Positions 1 through 9,538 are shown, counted from the first letter of the stretch. The stretch: 64,000 bases of DNA from Terriglobia bacterium (GCA_965223005.1 CBDCVK010000009.1:1-64000); one strand, 5' to 3'. A program made the numbers and translations. The notes: a model not told the origin generated them from the sequence alone.

Positions 1-129
1 GCTGCAGTGGGCAACGGCGTTGTCACCACGGTTGTGAACGGTCTGTTCATCGCCGCACTGCTGGTGATCTTCGGCACTGCGGGGGGCTGGCGCTGGTCCA
101 TGGACGAGATGATTATGAACCGGCGCTAG
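1..129 (+). CDS. 3' end of a membrane protein (DoxX-like C-terminus), truncated by window edge
   Basis: Frame 1 reads ...NGLFIAALLVIFGTAGGWRWSMDEMIMNRR*: a hydrophobic helix then a G-x-G-x-x-S-[LM]-D-like end as in DoxX proteins. Confidence 0.4.
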   Translation, partial: AAVGNGVVTTVVNGLFIAALLVIFGTAGGWRWSMDEMIMNRR

Positions 130-141
130 GGTTCCGCTCTC

Positions 142-1590
142 CTAGGCGCCTTTCCCTGACAGCACGTGTGGAATGGTACGGAGCAGGATCTTGAGGTCCA
201 GCAGCAGGCTCCAGTGGTCAATGTAGTGTAGGTCCAGCCGCATCCAGCTCAGGAAATCCAACTTATTGCGCCCCTCCAGGGCCCACAGGCAAGTCAGGCC
301 CGGCTTCATGCGCAGGCGGCGGCGCTGCCAGCGCTCATACTTTTGCACCTCTTCGGGAAGGGGTGGCCGCGGGCCGACAAAGGACATGTCGCCCTTCAGA
401 ATGTTGAGCAGTTGCGGCCATTCGTCTACGGAGAATTTTCGCAGCAGCCGTCCCACTGGCGTGACCCGCGGATCACGGGAGGACTTGAACACCGGGCCGT
501 CCATCTCGTTCAGGTGCTCCACTTCGGCAAACCGCGCGGTGGCGTCCTGATACATGGAGCGGAACTTGTGAAGGCGGAAACGACGCCCGTTCAGCCCGCA
601 GCGCACCTGGGAAAAGATGACCGGACCGGGCGAGGTGAGCCGGATGGCGGCAGCCACCAGCAGAAACAGCGGGGCCAGCAGCAGCAGCAGCACCGAGGCC
701 AGCACCACGTCAAAAACCCGCTTCAGGAACAGCAGGTATTCGTTTTCCGGCGTGGTGCTGAAGGTCAACAGCGGCAGCCATTGCAACTTCTCTAGGTAGA
801 TTTCCGAGGACAGGTGCGGGAAAAAGTTCACCAACACCCGAGCCTTGACTCCTTCTTCCTCGCAGGCCAGGAAAATCTCCTCCATCTGCTCCAGATCCTG
901 CTTGGACACCGCGAAAATGATTTCATCCACCACGTGTTCGTGCAGCATCTGGGGCAGCTGCTGGCGGTCCCGGATCGGGTAAGCGCGGCGCAAGCCGCTG
1001 GCTTCCAGCGCCGCCCCCTCGGCGGGCGCCCCGTTGGAGGCGGTCCCGGGCCGCTCGCGCACGAATGCCAGCACCTGCGCGCCCAGATCCTCGTTGGCTT
1101 CAATCAGCCGCGCTACCTCCAGCGCGCTCGGACCGGTTCCAACGATGACACAGTAGCGGATCTGCCCCGTGTCATGTCGCCGCAGTCGGCGCAGCGAGCG
1201 CGCCGAAAGGCGGTAAACCAGCAGCACCACCGTGTTGAGGATAACGAAGAACAGGATGAAGAGCCGGCTGACGTAGCCCAGCTTCAGCAGGTAGAGCCAG
1301 CCCATTAGCACGGCTGTGCCCAGCAGTCCCTGACGCAGCGTGTCGCCCAGGATGCGCGGCACCTCGAACAATTCCGGGCGGCGGTAGATGCCCATGGCGG
1401 CGCCCACCATCCACCAGATGCCCAGCACACTGGCCAGCACCCCGACAAACACGCTTCGTTCCAGGTAAAACAGCTGCAGCTCGGGCAGCTGTTGCCGAAG
1501 CAAATAGGCCGCTTCAAATGTCAGGACCGTGATGGCCAGGTCGGCCAGTGCCAGCTGCAGTCCCAGAACCTTGCTTCGACGACTAAACAT
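142..1590 (-). CDS. Polyprenyl-phosphate glycosylphosphotransferase (WcaJ/WbaP-type priming sugar transferase)
   Basis: N-terminal TM helices, Rossmann-like middle (CVIVGTG), C-terminal KFRSM, DPRVTPVG, DEWPQLLNILKGDMSFVGPRP, KPGLT motifs. Confidence 0.95.
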   Translation of the reverse strand: MFSRRSKVLGLQLALADLAITVLTFEAAYLLRQQLPELQLFYLERSVFVGVLASVLGIWWMVGAAMGIYRRPELFEVPRILGDTLRQGLLGTAVLMGWLYLLKLGYVSRLFILFFVILNTVVLLVYRLSARSLRRLRRHDTGQIRYCVIVGTGPSALEVARLIEANEDLGAQVLAFVRERPGTASNGAPAEGAALEASGLRRAYPIRDRQQLPQMLHEHVVDEIIFAVSKQDLEQMEEIFLACEEEGVKARVLVNFFPHLSSEIYLEKLQWLPLLTFSTTPENEYLLFLKRVFDVVLASVLLLLLAPLFLLVAAAIRLTSPGPVIFSQVRCGLNGRRFRLHKFRSMYQDATARFAEVEHLNEMDGPVFKSSRDPRVTPVGRLLRKFSVDEWPQLLNILKGDMSFVGPRPPLPEEVQKYERWQRRRLRMKPGLTCLWALEGRNKLDFLSWMRLDLHYIDHWSLLLDLKILLRTIPHVLSGKGA

Positions 1591-1692
1591 CTGCCAACAA
1601 ATGTACTTTCTGTGAAGTCATGGTTTACCTCGGGAAACCACAGGCGCGGCAGGATGCGGAAGTGCCAGTCCTCAAAGACGCGCACATCTTAT

Positions 1693-1828
1693 CAGTGGAA
1701 TCGGGAGGATACAAGCTGGCCAGTGGAACCGGGCCAGTGGAATCGGGCCAGTGGAATCGGGCCAGTGGAATCGGGCCAGTGGAATCGGGCCAGTGGAATC
1801 GGGAGGATACAAGGAGGATACAAGCTGG
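1693..1828. repeat. 14-bp tandem repeat CAGTGGAATCGGGC (6 tandem units 1721-1803 plus one at 1693) with duplicated GGAGGATACAA(G) flanks
   Basis: Directly visible; no unique spacers. Confidence 0.95.
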
Positions 1829-2002
1829 AAGCCACCTGGGCAGTCTGCCGGTTCCCAGGCGCCCGGTAAACTGGCGAAACCAAACCAGACCTGCCCAGAT
1901 ACCTGCACAGGCAACCAAGTCCGTGGCAGAGCAGCAGCCTGTGCCAGCTGGCCGGTTGCGGGAAGCGCTTGGCGTTAGTCCCCGTGTCATAATCTGAACC
2001 GT

Positions 2003-3283
2003 ATGCTCTGGGCGGTGGGGCTGCTGGTGCTATTACAAAGTGTGCGTTCGCTGCTGAATGCGCGGCGCTGGCTATCCTTCATCCATCGCTACAAACAGGG
2101 TCGCGACAGACAGGGTGCAGGCTCCCCGTTGCGCGAAACAGGTCATGCAGATGCTGCCGCAAGCGGCGCTCCCCATTCCCGGCTCCCCGCTCAAGATGAC
2201 ACCCCACCGCTCAGCCTGATTGTGCCCTGCCGAGGATACGAGCCGGGACTGGAGGAGAACCTGGCCGCCTACCGCCAGCAGGATTATCCCGACTACGAGC
2301 TAATCTTTACCACCTCGGGACCGGAGGATCGGGCATCGGCGACTGCCAGCGCCATCCATGGCGCCCGGCTCATCTACGCCGCACCTCAGTTGGATGAAGG
2401 GGAAAAGGTAACGAGGCTGCGCGCGGCGGTGCGGCAGGTACGCCCGTCCAGCCGGGTGCTGGTGTTTGCCGATTCGGACGGTCGGCCTGACCCCAGGTGG
2501 CTCCGCGAACTGGTGCGGCCCTTGGCGCGACCCGAACAGGAAGTGGGCGCGACCACCAGCTACCGCTGGTACCTGCCTCCCCGCAGTGCCCTCGGCCGGA
2601 GCCTGCCTTCGATTTTCCGAGCCGTGTGGAATTCCTTTATCGCTTCGGTGTTGGGCGATCACAGCCGGAACTTTTGTTGGGGCGGCGGGACAGCGGTGCG
2701 CCGCGAAACCTTCACTCGCCTGAACGTGGACCGTTACTGGCGCGGCTCGGTAAGCGACGACTACCGCCTCACGACCGCGTTGCGGGAGGCCGGCCTGTCC
2801 ATCCGGTTTGTGCCCACCTGCCTCGTCCCCACACACGGCGACTGCGAGTGGGGTGAGCTATTCTCCTGGACGACGCGGCAGATCATCATCACGCGGGTTT
2901 ACGCCCCCAGGCTGTGGCAACTGGGCCTGGCATCCAACGGCCTCTATTGCGCTGCAGTGGCGACGCTGCTTTGGGCATCGTCCTCACCGCCAGCCCTCGC
3001 GCTGCTGGCGGCGATCGGGCTAGTGGGTATGGCCACCGGCGCTGCCCGCGTCGCCGGGGCCAGTGCCGCAATGCCGGACCACCTGGACGAAATCCGACGC
3101 ATGCGCTGGGCTTTCATTCTGCTGGCGCCGCTGATACCGCTGCTGATGTTTTACAACTTCACCCGCGCGGGGTTCACCCGCACCATCGCCTGGCGGGGCA
3201 CGCGCTACCGGCTCGGCGGGCCGCAACAGACGGCTGTGCTTCACCGGGCACCTTCCCCGGACTCTGAATTCCTGTTCCTGTAA
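2003..3283 (+). CDS. GT2/GT21 glycosyltransferase (ceramide glucosyltransferase/HpnI-like)
   Basis: IVPCRG, FADSD (DxD), SDDY, WTTRQ motifs, C-terminal TM helices and WRG-x-x-Y end. Confidence 0.85.
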   Translation: MLWAVGLLVLLQSVRSLLNARRWLSFIHRYKQGRDRQGAGSPLRETGHADAAASGAPHSRLPAQDDTPPLSLIVPCRGYEPGLEENLAAYRQQDYPDYELIFTTSGPEDRASATASAIHGARLIYAAPQLDEGEKVTRLRAAVRQVRPSSRVLVFADSDGRPDPRWLRELVRPLARPEQEVGATTSYRWYLPPRSALGRSLPSIFRAVWNSFIASVLGDHSRNFCWGGGTAVRRETFTRLNVDRYWRGSVSDDYRLTTALREAGLSIRFVPTCLVPTHGDCEWGELFSWTTRQIIITRVYAPRLWQLGLASNGLYCAAVATLLWASSSPPALALLAAIGLVGMATGAARVAGASAAMPDHLDEIRRMRWAFILLAPLIPLLMFYNFTRAGFTRTIAWRGTRYRLGGPQQTAVLHRAPSPDSEFLFL

Positions 3284-3311
3284 CCCGGGACCGAGGGTAA
3301 ACTGACTGAAT

Positions 3312-3926
3312 ATGCGCTCAAAGTTCAGCTTAGCCAGTTTTTTTGTGACGTTCCTGCTGAATTGTGTTGCTCTTGCCATGGCAGCTCCCCTTGCCCTCGG
3401 CGCTGCCGTCGGGGAACGTGACCTACCACCGGCCGACCTGGACCGGGTCCGGGAGGGTAGCCTGGCTCCGGATTTCACCCTCCAAGACCAGGCCGGCGAA
3501 CTGGTGACGCTTTCCAGCTTTCGGGGGAAGAAAAAAGTTGTGCTTGTGTTTTACCGCGGCTACTGGTGAGGCTACTGCATGAAGCAGCTTGGAGAGCTGC
3601 GCGATCTGTTGAGTGAAAGTGGGCGCCAGGAAGTGGAACTCCTGGCGGTGAGTTCCGATCCGCCGGACAAGCTGCGGACGATGATTGAGCGTATACGGGC
3701 CAAGTCACCCGGCGCGGTGACTTACCGGTTGCTGTCGGACGCCGACCACCGGGTGATTGACCGCTACGGCTTGCGCAATGAAGCCGCCGCCGCCAAGGGC
3801 CGCTTCATTCCCCATCCCACCACCTACGTGCTGGATAAACAGGGCAAAGTGGTATGGCGCTTCACCGAAGTGAATTTCAGGGTGCGCCCATCGAACGAGG
3901 CGATCCGCCAGGCGCTGCAAAAATAG
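3312..3926 (+). CDS. Exported AhpC/TSA peroxiredoxin-like selenoprotein (UxxC; in-frame TGA 3567-3569 = Sec), 204 aa
   Basis: ORFs 3312-3569 and 3579-3926 share a frame; joined they read APDFTL...VVLVFYRGYW-U-GYC-MKQL...AVSSD...HPTTYVLDKQGKV; TGA sits at the first Cys of the CxxC; signal-peptide-like N-terminus. Confidence 0.9.
3584..3600 (+). promoter_or_regulatory. Putative bacterial SECIS hairpin
   Basis: GCAGCT-TGGAG-AGCTGC perfect 6-bp stem starting 14 nt after the UGA, G-containing apical loop. Confidence 0.7.
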
Positions 3927-4023
3927 ACGGTGGTCGGCTCTGAGGTTCCGGCGCTAGGTGCCCGGCTGGCACTGGGCATTGTGCGCCAATGGAAGGCCTC
4001 CTCTGGAATGGCTCTGCGGTGGA

Positions 4024-4635
4024 TTAGTCCAGAGGGGCGCGATTGGCGTCCAGTATTTCCTGGACCATCGAAGAGAATTGTAAAACCTGGATGGGCTTGT
4101 ACAGGTAGGGGCAGCCTGTACTCTTTAGGAACTCGCGGGTCTCCGGGCCGGTGTCTCCAGTGATAAAAATAATCTGGCGCTTGCTACCCAGCGCCTGCTC
4201 TTCAACGAAGCGGAATACTTGCTTGCCGTCCAGGCCGGGCATGTGGATGTCGCAAATCACAAGAGAGTACTGTTGCTCAACCAGTTTTTGCAGCCCTTCC
4301 TTCCCGTTGCTGGCGACCTCCAGCGTGCAGTCCTCTGCTTCGAGTATCTTGCGTAGGAGGATGGGCGTCAGGTCGTCGTCGTCAATGATCAGGATGCGGT
4401 CGTGAGGGCGCGGGGCAGCGGGCTGGGTGACCCCGACCTCGGGCTCCACTTCGGACGGCGGGGGAGATCCCTTCCAATCCAATAATTCCCACTCGGTCAA
4501 GCCCACGCAATAGTTGCAGTTGCGCTTGGGTAGCTGATTTTGCCTGAGGGCCAGCACCTCGTCCGAGAGAAGCTTGTGCACCACACGGGAGCCGCAGTAG
4601 CGGCAGCGCATCGAGGCTTCGTACAGGATCATCAT
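4024..4635 (-). CDS. Response regulator receiver protein with N-terminal CxxC...CxxC zinc-ribbon-like domain
   Basis: CRYC...CNYC, Pro-rich linker, receiver motifs ILIIDDD, CDIHMPGLDG, FITG, YKP. Confidence 0.85.
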   Translation of the reverse strand: MMILYEASMRCRYCGSRVVHKLLSDEVLALRQNQLPKRNCNYCVGLTEWELLDWKGSPPPSEVEPEVGVTQPAAPRPHDRILIIDDDDLTPILLRKILEAEDCTLEVASNGKEGLQKLVEQQYSLVICDIHMPGLDGKQVFRFVEEQALGSKRQIIFITGDTGPETREFLKSTGCPYLYKPIQVLQFSSMVQEILDANRAPLD

Positions 4636-4767
4636 GGCCGTTGCACCCCGTGGGGAGCGTGCTCCAGACAACTATAGGCTCTTCCGGAGGGCTCGGTCAA
4701 TGTTCGGAGGCCCTTCCGGCCGCCCCGGCGTCGTCAGCCTCGGAGGAAGCCGGGAAGTCCACTCTTC

Positions 4768-5868
4768 CTAGAGGTTCAACTCTGCGGGCCGAACGGGTTG
4801 GTGAAGTTCTTGCGAGCGGCGCACAGCGAAGGCCAGCCGCAAACTGTTGAGATTGTCCCGCCCTGAGGTGGCCGGCTCCGAGCCCGTGGCGATAGCTTCC
4901 ATCAGCGACAGCATCGGCCCGGCAAAGGCGTCCGGCATCCACTTGTCCTGGAATCCGACATCCAGCCAGCAAGAGGGTAAGTACTGCCGGGTGATAAAAG
5001 AGAACTCGTCGGTGCGGCCGTGGGGATACCCGTAGTGGATGCCGAAGTTTCCTTTGGCCACGCCTTCGCTCCCCTCCACGCGAAACCGGGCATAAGTGTC
5101 ACCGGCATGGTTATTGTGGTTGGTACGGTGCAGCAGCTGCAGCCCGCCGGGGTACTCCAGCAAGGTGTTGGTCCGCGTTTCCCCCTTCAAGGCCTGTCCC
5201 GGCCATTTCCCGCAAATGGAGTAGACCCACTCGGGCTCCCCGTAGAGAAAGCGGCTCACGTCATAAAAATGGATCGAATAGTAGAGCACGTCGAAGGGAT
5301 CAACTTCCAAAACCCAACCGCCCAGACCTTCCCAAAGGTTGATCTCAAACTCGGTACGGAGCGGCTCTCCGAGCCAGCCCCGGCGTATCAATTCCTTGAC
5401 CGCCCGCATCGAGGGCGTCCAACGCATCTGTTGGTTGACGGCAACCTTCAGCCCCCGGGCCTCGGCCAGCTCAACCACTTTGCGCGCATCCCTGTACCGT
5501 ACGGCAAAGGGTTTTTGGCAGAGCAGGTGCCGGCCTGCTTCCAGAGCCTGGCAGGCAATTTCCGGCTGGAACTCCGCCGGCACGGCGATGTCCACGATCT
5601 GTACGCTGTCGTCGGAGAGCAGAGCCGAAAGGTCAGGATAGACCTTGGGCACCTGGAACTCCTTGGCCACGGCCTTTGCCTGCTCCTGGTCAATATCGGT
5701 AATTCCGACGACTCTCAAGTTCCAGTTGCGGTAGACCGGCAGGTGGGCGTAGCGCGCGATCTTGCTTGCACCCACAATAGCGATGCCGTAGTCGGCGCGA
5801 GGTTTCGCGCCCATGGTGCCGGCCAAATCTAGATCTATATTTTCTGATTCTCGCTTTTCCCTATCCAT
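4768..5868 (-). CDS. Gfo/Idh/MocA family oxidoreductase
   Basis: IAIVGASKIA, HLLCQKP, NQQMRW, YSIHFYD motifs. Confidence 0.9.
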   Translation of the reverse strand: MDREKRESENIDLDLAGTMGAKPRADYGIAIVGASKIARYAHLPVYRNWNLRVVGITDIDQEQAKAVAKEFQVPKVYPDLSALLSDDSVQIVDIAVPAEFQPEIACQALEAGRHLLCQKPFAVRYRDARKVVELAEARGLKVAVNQQMRWTPSMRAVKELIRRGWLGEPLRTEFEINLWEGLGGWVLEVDPFDVLYYSIHFYDVSRFLYGEPEWVYSICGKWPGQALKGETRTNTLLEYPGGLQLLHRTNHNNHAGDTYARFRVEGSEGVAKGNFGIHYGYPHGRTDEFSFITRQYLPSCWLDVGFQDKWMPDAFAGPMLSLMEAIATGSEPATSGRDNLNSLRLAFAVRRSQELHQPVRPAELNL

Positions 5869-6020
5869 GCGACTCCCTTTCTTCGATCAAACGAACATGA
5901 TCCGCTGAGGAAAGAGTGCCCAACCGCCGGCGCCGGCTTGACCTCGAAAGCTTGACCTCGAAAGCCGGATGGCTTGCACCGTGCCCGGCTGGTCCCGGCC
6001 TGCCTGGTCTTGGAGCGCGG

Positions 6021-7166
6021 CTACGAGGTTCCGCCGCGCAGCAGCATGCCCTTGATATAGTCCTGCTGCTTGGAGTCTTCGCTGAAGGCCTGCTGCATCT
6101 GGGACAAATGCCGGTAACGATGGCTGATTAGGCTTTCCGCGTCAATCTTGCCGTCGCGGATGTACTCCATGGCCCTCCGGTAAATCGTTGGGGTTCCGTC
6201 GGCATCGAACCCTCCGGAGGCGCCGGCCGTGGTGACCAGGACATGCTCCATGACCTGGAGAGGCGTCAGGCATCCAATATCTCGGCCGGAGTGGCCAGCC
6301 CCGTAGAGCAGCAGGGTCCCCTGCCGGCGGAGAATCAAGGGAATACAGTCAAAGATTTCTCCGACCCCGGATGCCTCGATCAGATACTGCGCCCCCTGGC
6401 CATGGGTGCGCTGCTGGATCTCAAAGGCCAGATCCGTCTTCCGTACATCGAGGGGCGTGCCGCCCAGCTTCTCGGCCAGTTGCAGTTTGCTTGCCCGCAT
6501 ATCTGCGACAAAGATCTCGCCGTCGAAATTCCGGATCTTCCGTAAATACTGAAGGAACAGCAACCCACTCGGTCCGGCACCCAGGATCACGACGTACCGA
6601 ATCCGACGCCGCCCCTCGAACGAATAGCGGTTGTGAGCCGCTTCCATCCGGTCGCTGGCGTGAAGCACGCACCCCAGAGGTTCGATGATAGCGCCCTGAA
6701 AATCGGGCATGGTCGGGGGCAGCAACACGACATTTGCCTCCGGAACGCTGACGTGGTCGCTCAGCGCGCCCGGCACCCCGGTGACGCCCAACTCCTGGCT
6801 GAACTCGCATTGGTGGGAATCCCCAGTCTCACAAAATTCACAAAGCTGCGAGCGGCCCTGGCTGGAGCAGTTCAGGACCTGGTCCACCACCACCCTGTCG
6901 CCGGGCTTGACTTTTTTCACCTTCCGACCGGCGGCCTCCACAGTTCCGCAGAATTCGTGCCCCAGGATTTGCGGCTTCTCCCCCAACGGGATCGGCTGGC
7001 CGTGCGAATCGCGGCTGAGGTTGAGCAGCCCCTGAAAGATGTGCAGGTCCGTTCCGCAAATCCCGACCGCACCCACTCGAATGAGCACATCACGGTCCCC
7101 AGGAACAGGTTTGGGAATCTCGCGAAGCTGAAATTTCCCAACTTCTTCAAGGACCAAAGCGTTCAT
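6021..7166 (-). CDS. Zinc-dependent alcohol dehydrogenase (MDR family)
   Basis: GICGTDLH, LGHEFCG, Cys cluster, EPLGC, GAGPSG. Confidence 0.92.
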   Translation of the reverse strand: MNALVLEEVGKFQLREIPKPVPGDRDVLIRVGAVGICGTDLHIFQGLLNLSRDSHGQPIPLGEKPQILGHEFCGTVEAAGRKVKKVKPGDRVVVDQVLNCSSQGRSQLCEFCETGDSHQCEFSQELGVTGVPGALSDHVSVPEANVVLLPPTMPDFQGAIIEPLGCVLHASDRMEAAHNRYSFEGRRRIRYVVILGAGPSGLLFLQYLRKIRNFDGEIFVADMRASKLQLAEKLGGTPLDVRKTDLAFEIQQRTHGQGAQYLIEASGVGEIFDCIPLILRRQGTLLLYGAGHSGRDIGCLTPLQVMEHVLVTTAGASGGFDADGTPTIYRRAMEYIRDGKIDAESLISHRYRHLSQMQQAFSEDSKQQDYIKGMLLRGGTS

Positions 7167-7208
7167 ACCAATGCTCCTTAAAGCTTAACGACTTGGCCGC
7201 CAAGACCG

Positions 7209-8255
7209 CTAAGACTGGTTGCCAGCCTGTACCCCATAGCGCTGTGCCGTCTCGGAGATCTGCCTCCATGTCTCATCCGCCACCGGGATCCCGTCCCTTT
7301 CCCGGCGCACTCGCTCTCTACGCTCGGGCTCGCCGGGGACAAGAATTTCGGTAAATCCTGGCATCAGCGGGCTGCTCTTGACGTATTCCACAAGTTGCTC
7401 GACGTCGGCGTCAAAGATCTTCCGATCGCGGAATTGCTGAATGTCAAGAACCACCGCCAGGAAGCTATTGCCGATACGCGTGGCGGTGGGACCGCAGCAA
7501 CCGGCACCGGAGAAGGCTCCAGCAAGAATGTCGCTGAGCAACCCCAGGGCGAAGCCCTTGTGCCCGCCGAAGGGGAGCAAGGCGCCCTCGGGCGGACCGA
7601 AGAAATCGGCGGGGTTGGTCGTCGGCTGCCCCTCCGCATCAACAATGCAATTGGGGGGAACTTGTTTCTTACCGTGGAGTGCCACGGTGACCTTGCCGCC
7701 GGCAATCGCGCAGGTGGAGATATCCATGACCAGAGGTTCCTGAGGCGGTCGGGGTATCGCCATCGCAATGGGGTTGGCCGAAAGCCGCCGCTCCCGGCCA
7801 CCCCAGGGCGCCACTATCTGGCCGGCGCCATGCGTATTCATGAACAAGATGCCGGCCATCCCGCGCTGGGCCGCAAGGCGCGGGTAGTCACCGCCCCTCC
7901 CCAGGTGGTTGCACTGCCGCACGGCGACCACGCCAACTCCAACGCTGGAAGCCTTTCGGATGGCTACCTCCATGGCTTCGATCCCCACCACCTGTCCCCA
8001 ACCCCAGTTGCCATCAATGACGGCGAAGGCACCGCTTTCTTGGACCACCGAAATCTGCGCCCCGACGTGGATCAGCTTCTGCTCCATCCGTTCGACGTAT
8101 TCGGGAATGCGCACCACCCCGTGCGAGTCATGCCCCTCCAGGTTGGCTTCGACAAGGGCATCGCCCACGATGCGCGCCTCCCGCGCGGTGGCGCCGGCGG
8201 CTTCCAAAATCTCTCTGGCGGTTTCCCGAAGTTGCGACGGCTGAATGTTCGGCAT
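7209..8255 (-). CDS. Ldh_2 family (type 2 malate/L-lactate/sulfolactate-like) oxidoreductase
   Basis: GHDSHGV, NHLGR, NPIA, LLPFGGHKG, ILVPGEPE. Confidence 0.93.
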   Translation of the reverse strand: MPNIQPSQLRETAREILEAAGATAREARIVGDALVEANLEGHDSHGVVRIPEYVERMEQKLIHVGAQISVVQESGAFAVIDGNWGWGQVVGIEAMEVAIRKASSVGVGVVAVRQCNHLGRGGDYPRLAAQRGMAGILFMNTHGAGQIVAPWGGRERRLSANPIAMAIPRPPQEPLVMDISTCAIAGGKVTVALHGKKQVPPNCIVDAEGQPTTNPADFFGPPEGALLPFGGHKGFALGLLSDILAGAFSGAGCCGPTATRIGNSFLAVVLDIQQFRDRKIFDADVEQLVEYVKSSPLMPGFTEILVPGEPERRERVRRERDGIPVADETWRQISETAQRYGVQAGNQS

Positions 8256-8264
8256 AAGAGCTCC

Positions 8265-8345
8265 TTATAGCGCCCAGGCAATGGCGCGAATCTGCGAGGC
8301 CTCGCGACCAGCCAGCTTGAGCGGAATCACCGCCAGGTGAAATGC
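8265..8345 (-). pseudogene. C-terminal remnant of a cyclase (kynurenine formamidase-like) family gene
   Basis: Minus strand reads AFHLAVIPLKLAGREASQIRAIAWAL*, like the cyclase C-terminal PLK-x-x-G-x-x-x-S-x-x-RA-x-A motif; in-frame stop upstream at 8382-8384 and no ATG. Confidence 0.6.
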
Positions 8346-8529
8346 CTGGAGTGATGGGGCCCCAATCTTACCTTCACTCCATCAAATTCGGGATTCAGAA
8401 AACGCGGGCAGGCCCTATCTAAGCGTCCCGTGTCTCCCGGCAAACGGGCCTGGCATGCAGCGAAATTGTGCCTCAAACGGGGTGCCAGCAGCCGGGCTAC
8501 GCGATATGATTAGTCAACGGAGGACAGCG

Positions 8530-9522
8530 ATGAAACGTGTCTTAACCTGTGTCGTGTGTGTAGCAAGTTCGTTGCTCATTTGTCGCACCGTGCTTGCAGA
8601 GACCCATCGGTTTAAGCCAGTCCGGTACTACAACACCTTCTCATTTGCCCATGAGCCGGTATTGCGTATCAAGCCCGGTGACCGCGTCATTACCGGGACC
8701 ATCGACGCACGAGGCCACGATGCCCAAAACAACAAAGTCGGTGAGCCGCCCAACCCGCAAACCGGTCCGTTCTACATCGAAGGGGCTGAACCCGGCGACG
8801 TGTTGGTCATCCGGCTGGAAAAAATTGAGCCGAACCGTTCCACAGCATGGTCGAGCACTCTGCTTGCGCCTTACACCGCTGACCCGACTTTCCTTCGACT
8901 GAAGGCTGAGCGGAAGCGCAGCACCGAGACCTGGCGCGTGGATCGAGGGCGTCGGGTCGCTCGTCCAATTTCCAAGTCCATGTGGCCGCAAGGGATCGAG
9001 GTTCCGCTGCGTCCCATGCTGGGTTGCGTTGGCGTAGCACCGCCTAGGAAGGAGGCGGTTCCGACCAGCACGCCAGACTCATTTGGCGGCAATATGGACT
9101 ACAACGGAATGGTAGCTGGGACCAAGCTCATGCTTCCCGTGAACGAGCCGGGAGCTCTGCTGTTTGTCGGCGACGGTCACGCCAGGCAAGGGGATGGGGA
9201 GGTTGTCGGCAACGCCCTTGAAATTTCGATGGATGTGGAATTTTCCGTTGATCTCATCAAGGACAAGAAAATCAATTGGCCGAGGCTGGAGAACGATGAA
9301 TACATCATGGTGCTGGGCAGCGCCAGACCTCTGCTCCAGGCCCTGCAGCATGCGACTACAGAGCTGCAGCGGTGGCTGATGACCGACTATGGCTTCAGCG
9401 AGCGGGGTTCTTCGCTACTGATGGGTCATGTGCTGGAGTACGACATTGCTAATGTTGTGGACCCGCACTTCACTGTGGTAGCGAAAATGCGAAAGGAGTT
9501 CTTGCCGCCTGCTCGAAAATAG
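8530..9522 (+). CDS. Acetamidase/formamidase family protein with signal peptide
   Basis: NPQTGPFYIEGAEPGD, GGNMD, GDGHARQGDGEV, ALE. Confidence 0.92.
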   Translation: MKRVLTCVVCVASSLLICRTVLAETHRFKPVRYYNTFSFAHEPVLRIKPGDRVITGTIDARGHDAQNNKVGEPPNPQTGPFYIEGAEPGDVLVIRLEKIEPNRSTAWSSTLLAPYTADPTFLRLKAERKRSTETWRVDRGRRVARPISKSMWPQGIEVPLRPMLGCVGVAPPRKEAVPTSTPDSFGGNMDYNGMVAGTKLMLPVNEPGALLFVGDGHARQGDGEVVGNALEISMDVEFSVDLIKDKKINWPRLENDEYIMVLGSARPLLQALQHATTELQRWLMTDYGFSERGSSLLMGHVLEYDIANVVDPHFTVVAKMRKEFLPPARK

Positions 9523-9538
9523 TGAGTTGAAATGCCTG

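Noticed and set aside
1693-1828. CRISPR array, or the repeat-encoded ORFs (1492-1997)
   Set aside because: Units are 14 bp, head-to-tail with no spacers and no cas genes; the ORFs are just translations of the repeat.
3312-3926. Two separate small genes or a nonsense pseudogene
   Set aside because: The stop is TGA exactly at the catalytic Cys position, the frame continues and a SECIS-like hairpin follows.
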